Of a DNA stretch of 64,000 nucleotides, positions 11,030-24,400 are shown one piece after another. The position numbers and the translations under genes are program-made. The DNA is from Azolla caroliniana (lineage: Eukaryota > Plantae > Polypodiophyta), in assembly GCA_043228905.1 (NCBI GenBank), contig JBHGNT010000021.1, positions 1,302,001 to 1,366,000 of the forward strand, written 5' to 3'. The notes under the pieces are model-generated. The model searched no databases, had not been told where the DNA came from, and saw only the letters and a program-made list of their open reading frames with translations. Position 1 is the first letter of the stretch. Every line of letters begins with the position of its first letter.

Positions 11030-14000
11030 TCCCCCTCAAGCTTGGCAGATCAGGGATCGTCAATCCGAGATCGGTCATGAATTGCCATAGCTTGTCGGCT
11101 CCTAAGGCTTTAGTGAAGATGTCGGCCGTTTGAAGATTGGTGCTTATGTGTTGTAGGTCGACATCGCCAGCCAGAACGCGCTCTCAGATGAAGTGATAGT
11201 GCACTTTGATGTGCTTTGTCTGTGCGTGGAACACCGGGTTCCAAGCCAGATAGATACTGCTCATGTTGTCGCAGTAAAGGGAAGTCGGATCCTTGATGGG
11301 TACGCCCAGATCTTTCAAAATCCTCTTGAGCCATACGGCTTCACACGCAGCTATGGCTGCGCCCCTGTATTCCGCCTCCGTACTCGAAAGAGCGACGGTA
11401 GGCTACTTCTTGCTACTCCAGGATATTGCTCCGCTGCCGAGGGAGAAAACAAATCCGGAGGTTGATCTTCTATCAACTTGTAGCCGGCCCAATCGGCGTC
11501 TATGAACCCCTTGAGTCGTATTGGCATCGCGGTCTTGTAGAGGATGCCGCAATCCATTGTGCCGCTTACGTATCGTAGAACTCGCTTAGCGCAATCCAAG
11601 TGAGTATCATGCGGTGTTTGCATGAATTGGCTAAGGAGACCGACCGAATAACTGAGATCGGGTCGTGTGATCGTGAGGTAGATGAGACTCCCGATGAGTT
11701 GCCGATACTGAGTCGGCTCACACGCTTTGGTGCCGGAGTTTGCATCTAGTTTGAGATTACGATCGAGCGGGGTTGCCACGGATTTGCACTCCGCCATCCC
11801 GAACTTGTATAACAAGTTGAGGATGTAGTGTCGTTGAGAGATCATGATTCCGGTTGGAGTCCGAATTACCTCGATGCCGAGGAAGTAGTGGAGCTCCTTC
11901 ATGTCCGTCATCTCGAACTTGTCGGAAAGGAGGGATTTGACCTTAGTGATTTCGACGAGATGCTCACCTCCAATGACTAGGTCATCCACATATAAGATGA
12001 TGATGATCGGACTTGCGGAATCGCTTCGTATGTAGAGGGAGTTATCCGATTTTGACATACGGAAGCCGATTTGATGAAGATATTGCGTTATCTTCGAATG
12101 CCAAGCACGCGGTGCTTGCTTGAGGCCGTCGAGTGGCTTCTTGAGTCGGCATACGACTTTTGGATGAGTGCTCGAGTTAAAGCCAGGTGGTTGGATCATG
12201 TACACCTCCTCTTCTAATTCGCCTTGTAGAAAGGCGTTCTTGACGTCCATTTGATGGAGGTGCCACCCTTTCGCCGCGGCATTCGCAATTACGGTCCGTA
12301 CTGTCGTCATCTTTGCCACCAGAGCAAAGGTCTCTTCGTAGTCGACGCCATGCGTCTGAGCGTATCCTTTCGCTACGAGTCGAGCTTTGTAGCGGTTTAC
12401 GGAGCCATCGGCATTATACTTCACCTTGTAGATCCATCTGCATCCGATCGCCTTTTTGTGTGGTGAGGTGGGAACGAGATCCCACGTCTCGTTCTTCCGT
12501 AGTGCCTGCATCTCCGCGTTCATTGCTTCGATCCATCGCAGGTCCTTCGCGGCTTCCGAAAAGGTTTCCGGCTCCCGTATTGTCGCTACCTTCATCATAA
12601 AGGCGTAATGGTACGCCATGTAATCGTTGTAGCCGAATCGGCTTACGAGGTTCTTTTCACGAGTGGATCGGCAGAGCTTTTTATTTGCAGAGATGAGGGC
12701 TTTCTTGGCTCCGATTGGTACCTCGAAACCGCCAAACTCACTGTCGAGTGAGTGAGTCGATTCATCGTCGTCGAAGCGATCGTCTTCATATTCCGCCATT
12801 TTCGCCTTGCCTTTGTCCATCTTCGGGCTAGGCCGTGATGTGCTTTGATCGCTCAAAGGCTCTTGTGGTCCGCTCAGTCGGGTCGTGATCAGACTTTCTT
12901 CGAACATGCGCGTAAGATGATCTTCATCCTCTATCTCTTGTTCGATGGATTCCGGGTCGAGCGGAGTCGGAGGCGAAGTTGTCTCTGGTGCGTACTAGGA
13001 TGCGGACATGTCCAAGACGACGTCTCGACTTACCCGAGATTTTTGAGTTGAGGGGTTATAGCACTTGTACCCCTTTTGCTCCAGTGAGTATCCTACGAGG
13101 ATACATTTCTCCGACTTCGGGTCGAGCTTTTGACGCTTCTCGTCGGGGATGTGCACGTACGCAATGGAGCCGAATATCTAAACATGTGATAGGTTCGACT
13201 TCTTTCCAAAGAATATTTCGTGCGGAGTGACCTCGTGCATGCCAGATGTTGTGCACTGGTTCATTAGGTAGACGGCCGTATTTGCCGCTTCGGCCCAATA
13301 TGATTTGGGCATATGCTTCTCGTTCATCATGGCCCGCGCTACTTCGAGGATGTGCCGATTTTTGCGCTCGGCTACTCCGTTTTGTTGCGGAGTGTGTCGG
13401 CAAGTGAATTCTCGCCGAATTCCTTCCTTTCGGAGATACTCCGTGAAATCATCCGAGAAGTACTCCTTGCCGCCATCCGATCGAAGGCATCATACATGTC
13501 AGCCCGTGGCTTTCTCGACTTCATTTTTGAACTTTTGGAAGTGTTCAAACACTTCGCTCTTTTGCCGCATCGGATAGATTCAAGTGTGCCTAGAAAAGTC
13601 GTCGATGAAGAGCACGTAATATTGGCATCCGCTGAATGTCGTCGTTTGGGCCGGACCCCATACATCGGAATGAATTACGTCGAGTACGCCTTTGCTCACA
13701 TTCTACTCCTTCGGGAATGGGTGTCGGTGTTGCTTGCCGAATTGGCACGCTTCGCATACACCTTCAATCTCCTTCTCTTTGAATGTCGGGAGTCCGATAA
13801 CGACTCCTTTCGATCTCATTGCTTTGAGTTTGTTGAGATTGATGTGGCTGATTTGCTTATGCCATAGCTCTATGTCGGAGTCGGCTTTCGTGCTTTTCGC
13901 GAACATGGCGGATTTCATCTCGTGCGAATCGAGAATGAACATCCAGCCCTCTCTTCTTCCACGTGCGATGATTCGGCCTTCTTTTTCGATGAAGCACCCT

Positions 14001-15325
14001 TCTTGGTCGAATCGTACTTGCATCCCTTGCTCAACCATTTGGCCGACCGAGACCAAATTCTTTGTGATGGTGGGAACATGCAAGACATTTTTAATGTATG
14101 TTTGCTTACCTCTTTCGCCGAACGGAACATTGCCAATGTGCCGAATCGGGTGCGTAGTGTCATCTCCGATTTCGACATAACCGGGTCGCTCCGGCTCTCG
14201 AAGTTCGAGAAACCATTCTTTATGGGATGTCATATGGTTTGAGGCTCCGGAGTCTACAAACCATACGTCCTCCGAATTGAGGGCACTAGTTGAGGTAGAG
14301 GCCGACATAGAGTTTACTCTATGTTTCATCATGAACATTCCGCCACGGTCAGAGTTCCATGCATACCTTCCGCCACAATCTTCGTAGTCGGAGTTGTTCC
14401 CGTACATTCCGCTATACTCTTTGTAGTCGGAATTGTGTGCGTAATTCGTGAGTTGTTGGCTTGTGGAAGCCGATTCACGCATCTTCTTTCGGCACTCTTC
14501 TTCGTGGTGGCCGAGCTTTCCGCAATATCCGCATTCGGTTGCGTTTTGACGGCTAGGGCCGGATTGGAAGCTCCCCCTTCTTGCGAAGGTTCCTCGTTGG
14601 CCTCCGTTTTGCGGCCGAAATTGGGAGTTGTTGTCGTAGGTCGAACCTCGTCCGCCTTGTGCTTGGCCAAATTGGCCTCTCGCTCGTCCGCGTCCTCTGC
14701 CTCCATTAGAGTGCGTGTAGAGCATGTGGCCTTCCGACTCATTGCTCCTTGTACGCACATGGTTTTCTTCGACCAATAGCATTGATTGGAGCTCGAAGAA
14801 GGAGGGAGATTTCTCCCGTGCTAGAACGGCGGTTCGCATCGCGTCGAACCGTGGTGCGAGGCCGCCGAGGCATATTTGCACCATCTCATCATCATCTATA
14901 CTTACGCTTATTGAGCCGAGCGAGTCGCAAAGCTCCTTGATCTTCAAGGTGTATGTCGTGATGGACATGTCCCTTTGTTGAATGGTGTTCAACTCTTGGC
15001 GGAGTTGAAGCTCCCTCGCGGTCGTGTTGGCGGCGAAAATCTTTCGTAGATTTTCCCACGCTTCCTTCGGCGTCTTGGCTTCTCGAATGTAACCGAGCAT
15101 GTGGTCGTGAACACATGTCGCCAAACAATACATCACGTGGCTTGCGGCTTGCTCCCATGTCGCGTATGCGGGAGCCGCTTCGGCGGGTCGGTCTTCATGC
15201 ACTCCTTTGATGTAGCTCCAATAGCCTTGTCCGACAAGGTATTGGTGCATCTTGTACTCCCATGATGCGAAGTTGTTTCGATCCAACTTCTCGGTAGGGA
15301 GAGCGCTCCCCATTTGAGTATTCAT
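11030..15325 (-). pseudogene. Copia gag-pol polyprotein, disrupted
   Basis: ORF 13703-15325 has Gag, zinc knuckle CGYCGKLGHHEEEC, protease VDSGAS and pre-integrase CEACQFGK. There is a stop at 13703 and frameshifts in IN. ORF 11351-12907 is RT (KARLVAKGY, QMDVKNAFL, LYVDD). RNase H is frameshifted after DADWAG. Confidence 0.93.
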
Positions 15326-15493
15326 TATATCGATTTTTCTTCTTCTTCTTCTTCTTCTTCTCTCTTCGAATGCGAGCTATGTAGCGAAGCTACGATAGCT
15401 ATGAGCCGGTTGTTGGTCGTCAGCATAGAGCAAAACACACGATCACGATGAGGCGAATGGGCTAGATCGAGCTACCAAATCGCTCTGATACCA

Positions 15494-15873
15494 TGTAAAG
15501 AATCAAGAGATGGATTCTTGTGAAGCGGAATAGGTGTAAACTGTGTGTGTATGTGTGTATAAGAGAGAGAGAGAGAGACAGACAGAGTATACGCAAGGTT
15601 AAGTATATTAGCAAAGGAGAAAGACTCAACATTATACAAGGTGGGAGGAGGGTGCTTTATGTAGTCACCCTCTCTCTTCATTAACTACAAGCCTCATGGA
15701 GAATGGGGAATGTGAAAGCTCATAAGTTATGTGTCATAGAATATGATTCTATGACTCATACTAAATGCTAGAATACAAAGTGGTGACATAATGGTGACTC
15801 TTGACCGTTGGAGTGTCTCTTCACTCTCAAGGTGAGTTCACACACTAGACCAAGTTGAGCTTGATTCTCAACA
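15494..15873 (-). repeat. Copia 5' LTR
   Basis: Directly abuts the tRNA-iMet PBS; flanked by TSD ATCAT. Confidence 0.95.
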
Positions 15874-18800
15874 ATCATGATATAGGTTTTCTTTTGTTTT
15901 AAACAATGTTGTCTTCCTCTTGCACATTGTCATGTAGATACTTCTTCTGGCGTTGTCATCAAACATGTCTAGTGTGGTTCTTTGTTTTTCCGTTGATGGT
16001 GAACTTTCTCCTCAACTTGACAACATGCATTAAGTTTCTTCACATGGCGCTTCATCATCATGGCTTTCCATGTCTAGCAAATCCATATGACTACATGAAT
16101 TTTTGTTCGGATACTCAAATAGTGGATGTTCAATACTAATATTAACCTAAGACTCTCTTATCTTCTTCCTAGCCCTATAGCTTGGAATGTATTTTAGATG
16201 AGTTTGCGCATTCCTTGATAGACATTTTGGATGTTACCTTGAGACCAAGTCATCCATACCATGTGCCTTGACATACTATAGGACGCTAAATGAAGGTGCT
16301 CCACACGAATACAACATATTGTGTGCGGATTCACCATTTAAACCATCAACCACCATTTCAAACATGAGTTAGCCATGCATGCACACCTAGGTCCTTAAGA
16401 ATAACATGTTAGAAAGCCACAAGGTGAAGCTTTAATAGACTCAATAATGAAAGTGTTGTTAGTAGTTTGAGAAATATCACTACCAATACATACAACAATT
16501 TCTCTCTCTAGACCTAGTTGAGATAGTTATTATAGCATAGGCTCACTAATAAAAAATTTGGTCCAATTTTACCAACACATTTTAATGCTCAACATGAGTA
16601 CCATGGCAATATCATATTATTCCACTCAATATGATGATAATTGTGATAAGAGTATCTCATACAATTTCTATTACCAAACATAATTATATGACGAGTGAAC
16701 TATTATGAGTACAGTTATCGGTATAAATTTATCATTGTAATTTGTGAAGTGTGTTGTGTGTCCTACCATGGTTTATGGTTGCCATACTTTCCAAAAGATT
16801 CGAACATTGTTTTTTTTTTCAAAACAAGATTCGAATATTGTTGCCTTTTTGAATCTTGATGAGTTCTCATTTTTAATATCAGCCCTATAATATAAATCAT
16901 TATTGGGCAAATCAACCATTATGAATCTTTGTAGGGCCAATTTGCTTATAAAACTAATTAAGATATGAATTTCTACATATGAAAAGGACACATTCACCAA
17001 TTATTTTTACTTTAAAGTATCATCCATTTAAATTTTGGACTTGTAAAACATGGGTAGTACTAAAGGATGCATGCTCTTGCTGTACCCATGAATAAAAGGT
17101 GTCCTAGGGTGAGCTAATAATAGATTGGAATAGACATATAAAGAGCAAAATTATGAACATGTAACCTCTTACAAAGTCAAAGCTAATTAATGGCTTTGTT
17201 AGTTTGTGTCATGATAAACATGGTGTTCAAGAAGGTTCTCACATCCTCACAAAGGATATTATTTATCATCTTTAACTAGGGTAGGGTAGAAAAATGATAT
17301 TTTGAAATCCATATGAGACGAATTGCCTTGGAAAACACATTTCCTCCTTTATACATCCAATTCTAGGGGACAAAGGTAAAGGATTGTGATTCTTCATCTT
17401 GTGCTTTGCGCATCTTCCATCGTATTACTCATCTTTTAAAAGAAACAATATGTTCACGTTTGATAGGGTAGAAACTAACTAATGCGTGAATAAATGTGGA
17501 GAACATACCAAAAGTTATGTTACATGTCAAAAGAAGCCCCTCAATATCAAATTTATACATACACCCATATTTTAGATCATTTCTCTAACTTTGTAACATC
17601 AAGGGTAACTAAGCCCTTCACAAATTCTGGATGAGCATTAAGATTAATGTTAAACTTTAAGAAAGCCATGGGATAGCAGAACAAAATTCAAAAAGCATTG
17701 GCTTGTGCATGAACTTGAAAACCATTGCTATTCACAAAACTAGCTAGGATTTTGACATTTATCAAGATTACCTTGCAATGTCTCTCTAGGTCTTTAAGTT
17801 CTTCCACTTGTCTATGACTAATATACTATAAAGGAAGCCTTGGCTAGCCTCCGTGGAATGATAAATAATTCTTTTGCCAACAATACGAAAGTCAAGTTAT
17901 ATTCATTTTGTACATTTATGCTCATGTGTCAATGATATCATCTTGTATCTTGATGAGTGTGATCCAATATATGAGTCCCCTCAAAATAGGCAATCAATTA
18001 TTCACCAATTTGGGATAAGCATGGGCGAAAAATCGAATCCAACTCTTTTGGAGTAAGCCAATCACACATGTCCATCACAAGGTTGTGAAATGATCAATCT
18101 TGAGAAATTAAGTGTAAAATCCACCTTTATCTAGAGCACACTTTAGGAAATGATCACTAATGACAGTATGTTAAAATATGGATCTAAAGTCCAACAACAA
18201 AATGTAGGGCGAGTAATATAGTCGTATACTATGAGGTTATGTACCTCAAGTCCTTAAACTCATCATTGTTGTTCATCTAATATTCCCCGAGATTATTCCC
18301 AAATAACGATGCAATCAATGTGAGAACCTCTTGTGAAGACATTTTTGACATAGCATATTGGTCCCTAAGCCCTTAGTTCTCAAAATATGCGCATTTTAAA
18401 AAGGCATGTTATTTTGCTATACATTAAGGCTTTCTTGCAACATGGACAAATTGTATGTTTCAATGTATATTGCATTTTTGAACAACACCCACCTCGAGCC
18501 CGTGTGAACTTAATTAAAGCCATTGGTTTCTATGGAGTCACAATTGATTCAAACCAAACTATTGAATTATGAGGCTAGCACAATGAAACCCAAGGAAGTC
18601 GGTCCAAAGTATAACTTTCACACCATAAGCCCCAACTTTTAGGGCTTATTGAATCTTTATTTTATGTGTGAAAAGAGGGAATATCGCCCAAACTCACAGG
18701 AAACTAACCAAAGTACTAATTGTGCGCCATTAAGAAGGATCTTCTGCAACACTTTTCAAGTTCTAAACATCAAAACAATGTCTAAGACTTGAATGCATTT

Positions 18801-19484
18801 ATTCCCCCTTTTTCAATGCCTTGGTTGATATTATATATGATCTTTACTCCTAAACTATTAACAAATGTGTTTTTCTGACAAGTTTCGAAAAGATCTTAAT
18901 GTAAACTAATCACATTACCATACCAAATTCATGAAGAAACCTCTTCATCAATGAGAAAATGTTCCTTTTGTCAACTTGACAAGACAAACTTAAGATGTGT
19001 ATCATTTCGATCTCTTGGCCAAGGTTAGATTTGGCACAAGCTATCCTATGTCACAACATGAGAGATCGGTCTTTAAGAGATCGCGTTTCTAAGATAATTC
19101 AATGTTCAAACATAGTTAAGGTTAAAATCGTGTGTTTTAACCCGACCATAAAACTTAAATGAGATAACCTAAAGAGTCCAAGGAAGAGTTGAGTGAGTGT
19201 CTCTCAACATCCCTCGCGCAGACACAAACACATATATGAAAATGTTACATTTTTACTAACCATGTTCATCCTCTTCCAATGATCACTTGGATCAATTTCA
19301 TACAAAGCCCAAAATGAACCATGTTTTCTCATGTCAAGCTTTGGATACAAAAAGGAATTAACAACTAGTCGTGGATTAAGAGAGGTAATTCGTTTGGTTT
19401 TGGTTTTGGTTTTGTGTTTTTTTTTTCTTTGTACAATATACACCCACTACCTACTACAACTACAACAACTACTAACTCCTCCTC

Positions 19485-20228
19485 CTAGGCATGGCACCAA
19501 AAGCTTGGAAAACCTATCGAACCATGGAAGTTGGATGAGAACCAAAATATGAGCTCCTCGGAGAGCTCTCTCTCCCTATGCCGAAGATATTGCTCTGCAT
19601 TCTCCTCCTCTACTTCTCGACGACCAAGACCAAGACCACGACCGATCGACATTCTACACAAAGGGCAAGTCGTATGGTCGTGGTCTAGCCACCTAGAGAG
19701 GCATACTTTATGGAAAACATGATTGCACCTAGGGAGGATGTGGATCTCCTCACCTTCTTGGAACTCCGACAAGCACACCGAGCAGTCGCGGCCGCACAAG
19801 TCCGGCACGCGTACTCCTCCTTCTCCTCCTCCGGCCGTGCCTGTGCCCGTGCCCGCGCCAATGTCCGAACCCGGCCTGATGTGGTCCGGGTCGCTCGGGT
19901 CGTACACGAAGAGAGGGAGGGACCGGCGGAGCTCATCATCATCGTAGGGGTATGTCTCGAGGACTTCTTGGCGATGAGGAGGAGGAAATGGATCCATCAT
20001 GGTGGTGGTGGTGGTGGTTTCTGTATTTGATTCATTGAAATCTGTCACATTCATGGCGGGATGGGGAGGCGGCCCCCCGAGAGCTGCGAGCCGAAGCAAT
20101 CTCTGGAACATGTCCGAGAGGAGATGATAGGAAGCTCGGTGGATCGTGGCTATGGAGAGCACCATGTTGATGAGGAGCATAGGAAGGAGCCCCACACACA
20201 TTATGTTGGACAGTATTTGGAACCCCAT
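19485..20228 (-). CDS. RING-H2 E3 ubiquitin ligase with N-terminal hydrophobic segment (XERICO/RHA-like)
   Basis: ATG at 20228 ([29 protein letters not shown]). RING-H2 motif CSVC-x15-C-N-H-x2-H-x2-C-x11-CPLC. Single coding exon, 247 aa. Confidence 0.9.
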   Translation of the reverse strand: MGFQILSNIMCVGLLPMLLINMVLSIATIHRASYHLLSDMFQRLLRLAALGGPPPHPAMNVTDFNESNTETTTTTTMMDPFPPPHRQEVLETYPYDDDELRRSLPLFVYDPSDPDHIRPGSDIGAGTGTGTAGGGEGGVRVPDLCGRDCSVCLSEFQEGEEIHILPRCNHVFHKVCLSRWLDHDHTTCPLCRMSIGRGLGLGRREVEEENAEQYLRHRERELSEELIFWFSSNFHGSIGFPSFWCHA

Positions 20229-20461
20229 TTTTCTCAATGGATCTCCTGCTCTCTCTCTCCCTCTCCTTCCCTCTCTCTCCCTCTCTCTCCTTCTCTCAGC
20301 TTGTCACTGATAACCACCACAAAACCAAAACAAGAATCTGTTTCTGTTTTTTGTTTTTGTTTTTTTTTTTTTTGCCACAAAAAAAATAAATAAAAATAAA
20401 AATCTGTGTATCTTTTTGTTTTATTATTATTTTTAACTTAAAAAGAAAAATTATGTCAAAT

Positions 20462-21058
20462 CTGCAAAAAGAAGATTATCCCACGAGAACTAGATTAAAG
20501 TAATGGGATTGCGGAAGTGCTTAGCGTCTGCGATTAGGCACGAGACCGTTAGCAGCAAAGAATTAGGATGTGATGTGGGATCTACTGGACAAGATTTAAA
20601 GGAAGTGATTTGGATGGCATGATTTAAGCCTGATCTAGCAGTGATCGAACAGATCCAAAAACCGGAACAAAAGTGGTGAATGGCATGTGATTGATAAGTT
20701 TCGCGGACTGGCCTAAAAGAAGGAAAGTAAGATCCGGATCGAGGGAGTGATTAGCATGTGATTAACAAGCTTAATGACGGGATTTAAGATTAAATTTGAT
20801 CGAAACGGGGAAAAGTAGATTGAGGATGCGATTAGAAATCTAAAGGACGGAACTGAAAACTGGATTTGAACGATTAGGATTGATGCAGCGGAGCGAAGTG
20901 GATTGAGGGGGAGTTGATTAGCAAGCTTAATTAGTAGGCGGATTAAGACGTCGGGATTAAGGTGACGAGCATGAATGGATTAAAGCGATTATCAGCATGA
21001 GATGATTAAGCAGCTAGAAAACGGAGATTAAAAAGCATGATTAGGAGAGCATATTTAC
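20462..21058 (-). other. Probable 5'UTR (leader) intron of the RING-H2 gene
   Basis: Minus-strand donor GAG|GTAAAT at 21058 and acceptor TTTTTGCAG| at 20462. TATA-like TATATAA at ~21146-21152. Confidence 0.6.
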
Positions 21059-21327
21059 CTCGACAGCCTCGATTAGAGTCTCCAAATTCCTCTCTCTCCC
21101 ATCGCCACGAAACACAGGCCCTTTAATTTAAAGGTTTAATAAATATTATATAATTGATTTAATTCATTCACATTTCCTTTTTTCCCCATTATTTTCTTCT
21201 GTTTATTTTTTTATTCGCCATTTTTTATTTTTTTCTCTTGAAATTAAAGAAGACGAAGAAGAAAAAAGACAGAATGGAGGAATAATAAGGCACGAATTGC
21301 ATGTGATTCTCACCCAATCACCTCTCG

Positions 21328-21452
21328 CCACGCGTCAAGATCACTCCACGTGGCAGATCCTGATTGCATGGCCTCCACGTGAGTGAGGGCAGCCCAATTC
21401 TCCAAGTCACGTCTTTTCGGCCGGCCAATCGGCCAATCGGCCAATCCAATCC
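21328..21452. promoter_or_regulatory. G-box/ABRE, CE3-like and CCAAT cluster upstream of the RING-H2 gene
   Basis: CCACGCGTC at 21328, CACGTGGC at 21347, CACGTG at 21376, CACGTC at 21408, and tandem GGCCAATC x3 at 21423-21446. Confidence 0.6.
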
Positions 21453-24400
21453 TTCCGTTCTATGAAGCTTGTCCGCCCGCCCGCCCGCCCACATGGCCTA
21501 ACCAACCCCCCTTTTCCCATTACACTGTAGGACCAAGGTCCAAGACAAAGACTAAGACCTAGACCAGGCCTTGGCACGTCGAGAATGAATGGGCTTCAAT
21601 GTCCAAGTAAAACAAATCCCGCACACTAGTACCCCGAGTGAAGAAAGCTCATCATTTTCTCTCTATTTGCCCCTTGTCCCCCACGGGTACCCTCCATAGA
21701 ACTCTAGCTAGACTAGATGTTGGATTGTGCCCGACCATTAACCAACCTCCCCCCCCCCCCCCCAAAAAAAGAAAAAGATCAAGAAGTCTATCGTATTTGG
21801 CAACTCCTCGAAGAGATAAATCCGCACAATTCGATTATAGATATTTAAAATATCAGGATTACCTCAATGCATGCGTATGTATAACGCTATCGTCCTACTC
21901 CTGTTGTTCAAATCGATAAGCTTGACAACCTTTATTTTATACAGAAAAAAACAACTTCCATGTTTTCCACCAATCTGCAACTAGTAAGAGTAAGCTCATT
22001 GTTGACACGTTGCCATTTTACTAAGTTTACCATCGAGTCGTTCAAATCACTACATTCTTCCTTCTTCAATTGCTAGTAAGCTAAATTTTCTTCACTACGT
22101 CATCGATAGCCTCCTATTGTTAGGGTCATCATCGATGTGCTTTGTTCCTAGCAATCGCGAGCAATATCGTGATACCACTATAACCATTTTCATTGTACCA
22201 TATAAAAATTTCATATTACTAAAAACACCCTTAATTTGTAGTGATGATCTTTTACCTTTCTTTCTAGGGAGGAAGTTTCTGTTGCTAGTAAAAATTTGAA
22301 TGCATCTCTACCGTATCTTTCATCTTTAACAACCTCTAATGTATTGCTACCAACTATTAGTCCTATTCAGTTTTAAATTATTACCTTTACCCATATTCGT
22401 ACAAGCGACTAGATATAGAGCCTTTTCTTGATCTAATACAAGTCCTTTATATCATCAATGTTTGTTAGGGACACAATAAAAAGGTAAACTAGCTCCAGTG
22501 TCACCAACTCATTACTATTGAATGGTGTTTACATAGCAATTTTCTCCCCTCTTGAGTCCCCACTCCCCTTCCCTTGCTTTTGTTACTTGTCTATGCTACA
22601 TTACTCACACGTCTTTTGTTCACACAATAATTAGTTACCAAATAAAATCATAATGGCATTTTCTGTCACTTTCAAATCACTCCCATACCGAGTAAGGTAA
22701 ACGTGTCACATAAAAAAAGTTATTGCAAAAAGAAAATTTGAAACAAGTTATATACAATGTTAAATGTAGAAAATACCACAAAGAAAGCATGATCCTTCAA
22801 ACACAAAATTTTGATTTGATAAAATGAGGCAATGTCATTGTTGTCAAATTGCTCTCAATGTCACAATAGTCACGTTGCATCATACAAGTAATGTGCCAAA
22901 GCAAGTTAGGCGTTGCTAAAATACAATTATTACCGAAATCTACATATATATTACTCTTGTATTCATTCATGATAGTAGAAATATACAATATTATCATTTG
23001 TTGTCTAACACCCTTTTATGTACTTTCATGCACGTATATATATATATCTACTTCCAATATTTCTGAATCTATATGATTCTATCCCTCTTCCAAATTCCTT
23101 TACATACATGTGAGAAAATAGGATAACAATCGTAGTGTGTGGAGCTCTAGGAATCTATTGAAACATGTATATATGCATCTACAACCTAAAAGGCATTTAA
23201 CCTCCTTTGATCAAATACCCATATTTTTCCATACATTCAATCATTTGTGAGACTTTCAGCAATAGAAAGACTAAATGTCATGCTTATTATGTTTGTAGAA
23301 TATTCGTGCTATCAGCATGGAACACGACACAACTTGTGCACAAAAGTAAATGGGTTCACTGTGCTTTTCATTTGTTAGAAATGAGTTTTTCCTTAAGATC
23401 TTAAAGGAATGGATGGAGGGTAACTGATGTTGGCTCTTGATAAACTTGTCAATGACCTCATACTAATTGGAAACCTAGGCTCCTTCTCCTATGCAATCAC
23501 CATAGGCTCAAGACTCAAGAATCCGAGGACAACATGTGAAGAAGAGCAAGTTCTCAATACCTTGGATATATGTTAGTGTAAGAAAGTTGTTTGCCCTAGA
23601 TTTTGTGATGAAGCTTCATTTCTAACAACCAAGTTATAATTGCTTGCATAATGAAGAGTTTGTGAGCGAAGGAGTGCACCATCATCACATTAGCACACAC
23701 GTAGAGCAAAACATGAGAGTTGTTTGCCCCATCTTTTGTGATGAGGCTTCTTATATTAGTGTTAAATTATAATGGTATGCGTAATGAAGATGCAACAAAT
23801 TGGTTGGACAATCACCACATTAACGCATGATTAGAGCAAATATCAAGCATTTGTGGAGTCCATACAACAAATAAGTAGCAATGCACTTTCAAATAGTAGT
23901 AGCAAATAAGGCCAACAAGAGTTGTAGGAGAGACACTTGAAAAGAGGAACCTAAAGGAAGTGAATATTCCCAAATGCATGAGAAATGGGAGAGAAATTAA
24001 AAATGATTTTGCTTTTTTTAATACTTGTACTACTAGTTGGGAAACTTTGATGTGAAGTGAAAACAAAAAAGATAACAACAAGAAATGTACGAATTGCTGA
24101 GTAGACACTAAAATTCTTGGAAACATCCAAAGTAAAAAAATGTAAGTTTTAAGTGGGGTATCCCTAACTTGGAGTCAATCAAATTGAGATTGTTGAGGAG
24201 ATTACTTAAAGGTGCCTAGTGGGTCTTGAACAAAGACTTTATGATAACAGGCCATCCACATGGTCCACATTGATTAAAAAATAACCTAGTAAGAAGTAGG
24301 CAGCCATGAGGTAATTGTGAGACTCACCAAAAGAATGCAAAATCTCCCTAAAACCATGTGCTTATTATAGAAACAAATAGGAAGGAGTAATCATCTCACC

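Larger units (their letters stand above)
10387..15873 (-). mobile_element. Full-length Ty1/copia LTR retrotransposon, recent but inactivated
   Basis: LTRs at 10387-10778 and 15494-15873 (TG...CA; about 5 substitutions plus a GA-microsatellite difference). Perfect 5-bp TSD ATCAT at 10382-10386 and 15874-15878. PBS TGGTATCAGAGC (tRNA-iMet) at 15482-15493. PPT at 10779-10790. Domain order gag-PR-IN-RT-RH. Confidence 0.97.

Noticed and set aside
11193-14981. Many + strand ORFs antisense to the copia polyprotein
   Set aside because: These are shadow ORFs of GC-rich coding DNA with no recognisable domains.
16700-18900. Possible highly decayed CACTA transposase or other TE coding relic
   Set aside because: Only isolated 4-6-residue hints (KMKNHN, CPCCK) with no continuous frame or termini.
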